A stretch of DNA of 62,722 nucleotides, counting the filler. It is 10 parts of 10 records of this genome, joined end to end, with 100 filler letters (N's around TTAATTAATTAA, not from the genome) between each part and the next. Parts side by side here need not be neighbours in the genome. Positions count along the whole stretch, not along the records: positions 57,291 to 62,722 come from SRR31156797_136135; 9 more parts are not named here. One strand, written 5' to 3'. Below the pieces are notes generated by a model. It did no database searches, had not been told where the DNA came from, and saw nothing but the letters and a program-made list of their open reading frames with translations. Of the stretch, positions 58,059-62,722 are shown one piece after another; positions within the stretch are counted from its first letter, which is position 1; each line of letters begins with the position of its first letter. Made by a program: the position numbers and the translations under genes.

Positions 58059-59560
58059 GCCTGTATTTTATCCCTGCTGAAAGGCAATTCAACTCTGAAT
58101 TCAGCCCCGCCCCAATCACTGGTTCCGACATGGATGGCCCCGTTGTGGTCGGTGACAATACGCTGGGCGATGCTCAACCCGATGCCGGACCCGTCATTAC
58201 GAGTGGTGTAGAACGGATCGAAAATAACATCCCTTAGCTCCGCGGGTACGCCCGGTCCCGAATCTGAAACAGCCACGGAAATGTTCCCGTCATTTCGGAA
58301 AGAGGAGACGCGTATTTTCCGATCGCCTTCATACACAAGCAAAGCCTGGGCCGCGTTATTGATCAGGTTGAGTATGACCTGCTCTATCAGGCCCGGGTCG
58401 GCCGAACACATGGGCAATCCGGATTCGAGGTCTTTTTCGATTTTTATACCGCTCTTGCGCAAGGTTACCGATGAAAGGTCTATTGCATCGGTGAGCGAAT
58501 TGTTTATATCCATGTCGATCTTTCTTAAATGGCTCGGCCTGGAAAAATCCAATACCCTTTTAATTACAGCCTCGATCTTGTTTGAAGCGGTTTGTATCTG
58601 ATCGATGATGAGCCTGATTTCAGACAGTTCGGCCCCTTCAAGTTCATCACCCTCGCACAGGTTTCCCAGGCTGTATAGGTAACTGTTTATCCCGGTCAGG
58701 GGATTTCTTATTTCATGGGCCATGCCCGCGGCAATTCTACCTAACGACAAGAGCTTGCTTTTAGTCAAAACCAGGCGTTCAAGCTCCCTGGCCCTGGTTA
58801 TATCCATAATATTTAGGAGCGCGGCTCTTTTTCCCCGGTAGTTAAAACGGCTGGCCCGGCATTGAACCCAGCGCATTTCACTCCGGGCGCCATTACCGGA
58901 CGGAGGATAAAACCGGAAATCAATTTCAGCCTTGGCGGCCTTGCCTGCCTGAATGGCCGTCAAGGCGCTTGACGCCTTGTCCCGGTCATCCTTGTGGATC
59001 CACCGGTATTCATTCACATGGAAGTTTTTGGGCAGAGGACCGAATATTTTTTTCTGTTCGGGATTCTGGTAGACGACCCTGTCGTCCTGAAGAATGGCAA
59101 TGCCGATTAGGGCGCCTTCCACCAGCCGTTTGAACCTCTGTTCGCTTTCCTTGAGAGCCTTGGACACCCGGCGGCGGTCGCCTTCCACCCTTTTGTGGTC
59201 CAGGGCTTTTTCGGCCGTATTGAGAAGTTCTTCAGGTTCAAAAGGTTTTTTGAGATAATTATAGGCGCCCCTTTTAAGCGCTTCAACCGCGGACTCAATC
59301 GAGGCGTCTCCGGTAATTATTATGACCAGGGCGTCCGGGTCCTGCTCGTGGATAAATTCCATAACCTGGAAACCGGTCATGTCGCCGAGAAACATATCCA
59401 GAAGAACGAGATCGTAGCTTTTACCGGGAAAGTTTTCGAGCGCTTCCTGCCCGCAGCTGACCGTATTGATGTCGTAGCCGCGTGCGTCCAGCAAAAGCTT
59501 CAGGCTTTCGCGCATGCGGGGTTCGTCGTCGACAATTAGGATTTTAGGCGTAACCGTCAA
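58055..59560 (-). CDS. Hybrid histidine kinase (receiver-PAS-HisKA-HATPase)
   Basis: ILIVDDE receiver; PAS (IHKDDR); AHEIRNPL, NLINNA, DSGPG and GSGIGL; probable TTG start at 59560 after AGGTG. Confidence 0.93.
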   Translation of the reverse strand: MTVTPKILIVDDEPRMRESLKLLLDARGYDINTVSCGQEALENFPGKSYDLVLLDMFLGDMTGFQVMEFIHEQDPDALVIIITGDASIESAVEALKRGAYNYLKKPFEPEELLNTAEKALDHKRVEGDRRRVSKALKESEQRFKRLVEGALIGIAILQDDRVVYQNPEQKKIFGPLPKNFHVNEYRWIHKDDRDKASSALTAIQAGKAAKAEIDFRFYPPSGNGARSEMRWVQCRASRFNYRGKRAALLNIMDITRARELERLVLTKSKLLSLGRIAAGMAHEIRNPLTGINSYLYSLGNLCEGDELEGAELSEIRLIIDQIQTASNKIEAVIKRVLDFSRPSHLRKIDMDINNSLTDAIDLSSVTLRKSGIKIEKDLESGLPMCSADPGLIEQVILNLINNAAQALLVYEGDRKIRVSSFRNDGNISVAVSDSGPGVPAELRDVIFDPFYTTRNDGSGIGLSIAQRIVTDHNGAIHVGTSDWGGAEFRVELPFSRDKIQA

Positions 59561-59570
59561 TCTGCACCTG

Positions 59571-62357
59571 TCATTTGAATCGATCCGCTGACGGATCCAG
59601 ATAGGAATTGCCATTGGGATGAGGATCGGAAAGCACTTCCAGGAAACGGCTAATGCGGTCAAGTTCGGCTTTCATCAAGTCAAAATCCAGGTTTTCCGGT
59701 CCGGATGCGCTCTGCTTTGTTTTGACGGCTTCCAATCGGCTTCTAACTTTATCCACGGATTCGCCGGCGGCCGTAATAACAGCCATGGCAGTAACATTAC
59801 CGCGGGACTCTTCTTCCCTGACGGCTCCTTTTTCAACCGTATCCTTGACAGACAGGGAAAGCGAGGATAAGGCCGTAAATATATCCAGCAGCTTGGCGTC
59901 TTCGAGTATGCGCCGGCATTGCTTTTCATCCACTCCGGCGGCGACGACTCCAATGCAGTTTTTCCTTATGCTCATGGGCAGGCAGAGCATGCCTTCACAG
60001 TCAAGAATCCTTAAAATGGTTTCATCAATAATGCTCGGTGACGTATCCGAGTCAAAGGAATTGAGGACTCTTTTTTCCAAAAGCGACTTTGAAACAAGGC
60101 TGACCGTGGAATTTAACGGGAAAAACAGGTCTGAGACCATTTCCGCCTGTCGTGTTGTTCCTGCGCGGCTGCCTGTTATTAGTCCGCCGATGTCGTCATA
60201 GAGAAAACAGATAATATTTCTGACGCCGAAAATGATTTCCAGGCTGGAAGCAAGAGCTGACAACACTTCATTTTGATTTTTCGCTTTGAGAAAATGAAAC
60301 ACGGCGCCATGAAGTCTGGAATTGCTTTTGACCAATCCGGCCAACTCTGTTCGCAGTTCTTCGGCATCCCGGGCGGGAAGGTCTGCTTTCGATTCCAGGC
60401 CCAGGGAAACAGAGACCCGATTGAGCTCTTCTTCAGCCTGCCTGACCAGGGAGTTCAATTCATCAGCGGGCCTTCCAAGAAATTCCGAAATCCCGACCAG
60501 ATTTCTTTTTAAATCCGATTTATCCTGAACGCTCAGCTTGTCGGCCGCATATACAATTCGAACCAGGGGGAAAGCTTCGGCCAACCGGGAAGACGACTCG
60601 TGATGATAACGAACCGCATCGGTTATAAAGGGATGAATATTCCACTGCGATAAGACATTCGCCCCTGTTTCGCAGTGCATCAATCCAAGCTGCCGTTCAA
60701 TATCGACCAGCAATTCAGCATCGCCCCTGGCAGCGCTCAGAACGCTTCCGTATCTTTCAGGTTCCTTTAACCACAGAATCAGTTTGCCGATATCGTGCAA
60801 CAACCCGGCCAGGTGGGCGTCGGCGCCCATGGCTTCGCCGGATGATTCGGCAATCAGGCGGGCCAGCGTCCCGCAAAGCAGCGAGTGTCGCCAAAACTCT
60901 TTAAAATCAAATCCCTGGTTTATTTCAAAACCGAAAGCATGTTGAACGGATTCGGTCATGGCGATGTTGTTAAGGGATTTGGCGCCCAAAATTGTCACAG
61001 CCTGTTCCATTGATGATATCAGGCTTCCGGTCGGAGAACCGCTTATACCGGAAACCATGAGCACCTTTACGGCCAAAAGGGGATCCAGGTTGATTATTTC
61101 GGACAGATCATGTGTCTGGGCTTTGGGACGGCCGCAGATTTGAATCAACCGAGACAAAACATGAGGCATGCTCGGAAAGCTCATGATGTCGTAATCATCC
61201 GCGCCCGCGACCGGTGAGGATTTAACCGGCTTTCTACTTATTATAACCGGCTCAGTGGATTCAAATGATTCCGGTAAAGCGTCAAACTTATCCAGGGCCG
61301 CATCCAGAGCGGCCTGCCTTAATATTTCCGAGGCGTCGTAGGTTACAGTATCGTCTTCTTCATCGCTTTCCGCTTGCGGAATCTGCTCGTGCATATCATT
61401 GGAATCATCCCGGGCCGGCTTTTCCATTTCAGAATCAGCTTCGGGACCGGCCAGGTTGACTCTTGTGGTGGTCGACTCTTCGGATGGAGATGCTTCCCGT
61501 GGAACTTCGACTGTTTTTTCCTGAAGATGAGCCGCTTGCCCGCCCAGGTCGAGGCGGCCGTTAAGGTTTTCAAAATACCTGGACCAAAAAAGGACTACAT
61601 CCCGGTTTTCAAATTCAGCCTTTTGGTTTTCAACCAGGCGCTTGGCAATAACCTTGATGCACTTCGCGGCAATCGAATCCGGAAAAAGCTCAATCAGGGC
61701 TTTCTGGTTCTTGACCGCTTCTTCCAGTTTCGGGTCGTGGTAAATGATGCCCAAGGGGGAAATATCGATGGTCAGATACTTGCTAACAGCCCCTTTAAAG
61801 CGGTGATAGGCGTTTTTAGCCGACTGCCTTGATTGACAATTATTGACCAGGATTTTTACTTCCCGTTTATACCCGTTCAACGAAAGCACCTTTACCAGGG
61901 CGTACGCATCCACCAGGGATGTGGGCTCGGGCGTTATGACGACAATTAATTCATCCGAGGCCAGGCAGAACGACATAACGTTTTCCGATATGCCCGAAGA
62001 AGTGTCAAACAGCAGGTAGTCGTAATCATTAAGCAGGGCAAAAGACTCGATTAGATGAGAAGACTGTTCGGATCCCAGGTTGGCCAGCAGTTCGACCCCG
62101 GAACTGCCCGGAACGATATCTATGCCGCCGCGACCGGTGATCATGATGTCTGAAAAATTCAGATTGCCTATCAATACGTCTTCAAGGGTCAAGGAAGGAT
62201 AAAGGCCCAGCAGAATGTTGGCGTTGGCCAGCCCCAGGTCAGCATCGAAAAGGCAGGTTCTGTTCCCTAGAGCGCCGAGTTGCAAGGCGAGGTTAAGACA
62301 AATGTTGGACTTGCCGACTCCCCCTTTCCCGCTGGTTATGGTAACGGTTCTGACCAT
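59571..62357 (-). CDS. FlhG/MinD-like ATPase fused to an acidic linker, HDOD domain and GAF-like domain
   Basis: SGKGGVGKS, DADLGLAN, DTSSG and TPEPTSL.DAYAL.K; PS.P, DP.LA.KVL, FWRHSL, AGLLHDIGKL and AVRYHH; LCLPM....CIGV. Confidence 0.88.
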   Translation of the reverse strand: MVRTVTITSGKGGVGKSNICLNLALQLGALGNRTCLFDADLGLANANILLGLYPSLTLEDVLIGNLNFSDIMITGRGGIDIVPGSSGVELLANLGSEQSSHLIESFALLNDYDYLLFDTSSGISENVMSFCLASDELIVVITPEPTSLVDAYALVKVLSLNGYKREVKILVNNCQSRQSAKNAYHRFKGAVSKYLTIDISPLGIIYHDPKLEEAVKNQKALIELFPDSIAAKCIKVIAKRLVENQKAEFENRDVVLFWSRYFENLNGRLDLGGQAAHLQEKTVEVPREASPSEESTTTRVNLAGPEADSEMEKPARDDSNDMHEQIPQAESDEEDDTVTYDASEILRQAALDAALDKFDALPESFESTEPVIISRKPVKSSPVAGADDYDIMSFPSMPHVLSRLIQICGRPKAQTHDLSEIINLDPLLAVKVLMVSGISGSPTGSLISSMEQAVTILGAKSLNNIAMTESVQHAFGFEINQGFDFKEFWRHSLLCGTLARLIAESSGEAMGADAHLAGLLHDIGKLILWLKEPERYGSVLSAARGDAELLVDIERQLGLMHCETGANVLSQWNIHPFITDAVRYHHESSSRLAEAFPLVRIVYAADKLSVQDKSDLKRNLVGISEFLGRPADELNSLVRQAEEELNRVSVSLGLESKADLPARDAEELRTELAGLVKSNSRLHGAVFHFLKAKNQNEVLSALASSLEIIFGVRNIICFLYDDIGGLITGSRAGTTRQAEMVSDLFFPLNSTVSLVSKSLLEKRVLNSFDSDTSPSIIDETILRILDCEGMLCLPMSIRKNCIGVVAAGVDEKQCRRILEDAKLLDIFTALSSLSLSVKDTVEKGAVREEESRGNVTAMAVITAAGESVDKVRSRLEAVKTKQSASGPENLDFDLMKAELDRISRFLEVLSDPHPNGNSYLDPSADRFK

Positions 62358-62486
62358 TTAGTCACCGGGGTTTCATAGGAAACCCTATTTGAACTTTATT
62401 AAATACTGGAAACTGCGGGCAGTCGCCAGTTGGTCGAGTCGTTCGACCAAGTAGATAAACGGTTAATATTTATTACTATCCTCTAT

Positions 62487-62502
62487 AGCAAGTGAAAAAC
62501 CG
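62487..62502 (-). promoter_or_regulatory. Candidate sigma54 -24/-12 promoter
   Basis: CGG-TTTTTCACTT-GCT (GG-N10-GC with TTGC) about 130 nt upstream of the fusion gene; the -24 context is weak. Confidence 0.35.
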
Positions 62503-62722
62503 AACCGGCATGTTTACTGATATTCGCTATAATAACCGTGGGTTATCGTCATGCTAAGGGGCTTGTCATTGTTCATGGCAGATCCGGATTCCCATTCCCC
62601 AACCACGGTGGCTAACGGATATTATAGTAAAATGAATATGATGCGTCAAGTGACAATACAGTATCGCCGCAATTTCAATGCTGTGGGACAGAGTTTGTTT
62701 TCGCGAAGCGAATATAAACAAC

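Noticed and set aside
1-62722. Selenocysteine or pyrrolysine read-through, or programmed frameshifts
   Set aside because: Redox and metal proteins (TrxB CATC, GAPDH, DGC-like, FmdB) have ordinary Cys, and all truncated genes end at contig edges rather than at internal stops

Overview
This window is not one genomic locus. It is ten unrelated, metagenome-style contigs of about 5-10 kb joined by nine identical 100-nt artificial spacers (N44-TTAATTAATTAA-N44, stops in all six frames), so gene neighbourhood is only meaningful within a contig. Taxon labels below are inferred from gene content and style. (A) 1-6055, planctomycete-like: IT-family permease, TSUP, obgE, acyl-CoA dehydrogenase, etfA. 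(B) 6156-11441, deltaproteobacterial-like: giant PPDK-like dikinase lacking the pyruvate-binding barrel, long-form GAPDH, Nudix. (C) 11542-16771: MmgE/PrpD, ICL-family lyase, leuCD-like pair, methylmalonate-semialdehyde dehydrogenase. (D) 16872-23132, Phycisphaerae-like: CusB with three YHS repeats, enlarged CusA, secreted FGE-sulfatase-domain protein. (E) 23233-29226, spirochaete-like: rnhA, YifB/ComM, methyltransferase, MCP, receiver protein. (F) 29327-35321: Liv-type ABC permeases, two FabH-like proteins, acyl-CoA ligase, MaoC. (G) 35422-41679, planctomycete-like: ECF sigma/anti-sigma and an operon of secreted protein + prepilin-like protein + metal ABC transporter. (H) 41780-51331, Desulfovibrionaceae-like: lptE-holA-radC-acyP, lon, two TPR paralogues, FmdB, hemC, small sigma28-driven ORF. 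(I) 51432-57190, alphaproteobacterial: ZIP/mntR, otnC, sRNA, LysR(LsrB/VtlR-like)-trxB-lrp-greA-carB. (J) 57291-62722, deltaproteobacterial-like: FlhG/MinD-HDOD-GAF fusion, hybrid kinase, sigma54 activator. No rRNA, tRNA, CRISPR array, transposase or phage gene was seen. The best candidates for undescribed systems are the pilin-coupled metal-uptake operon (G), an unannotated sRNA with its own promoter and LysR box (I), a FabH-like pair with complementary catalytic losses (F), the barrel-less dikinase-GAPDH-Nudix operon (B) and the FlhG-HDOD-GAF signalling operon (J). All calls rest on motif recognition by eye; no searches were run.
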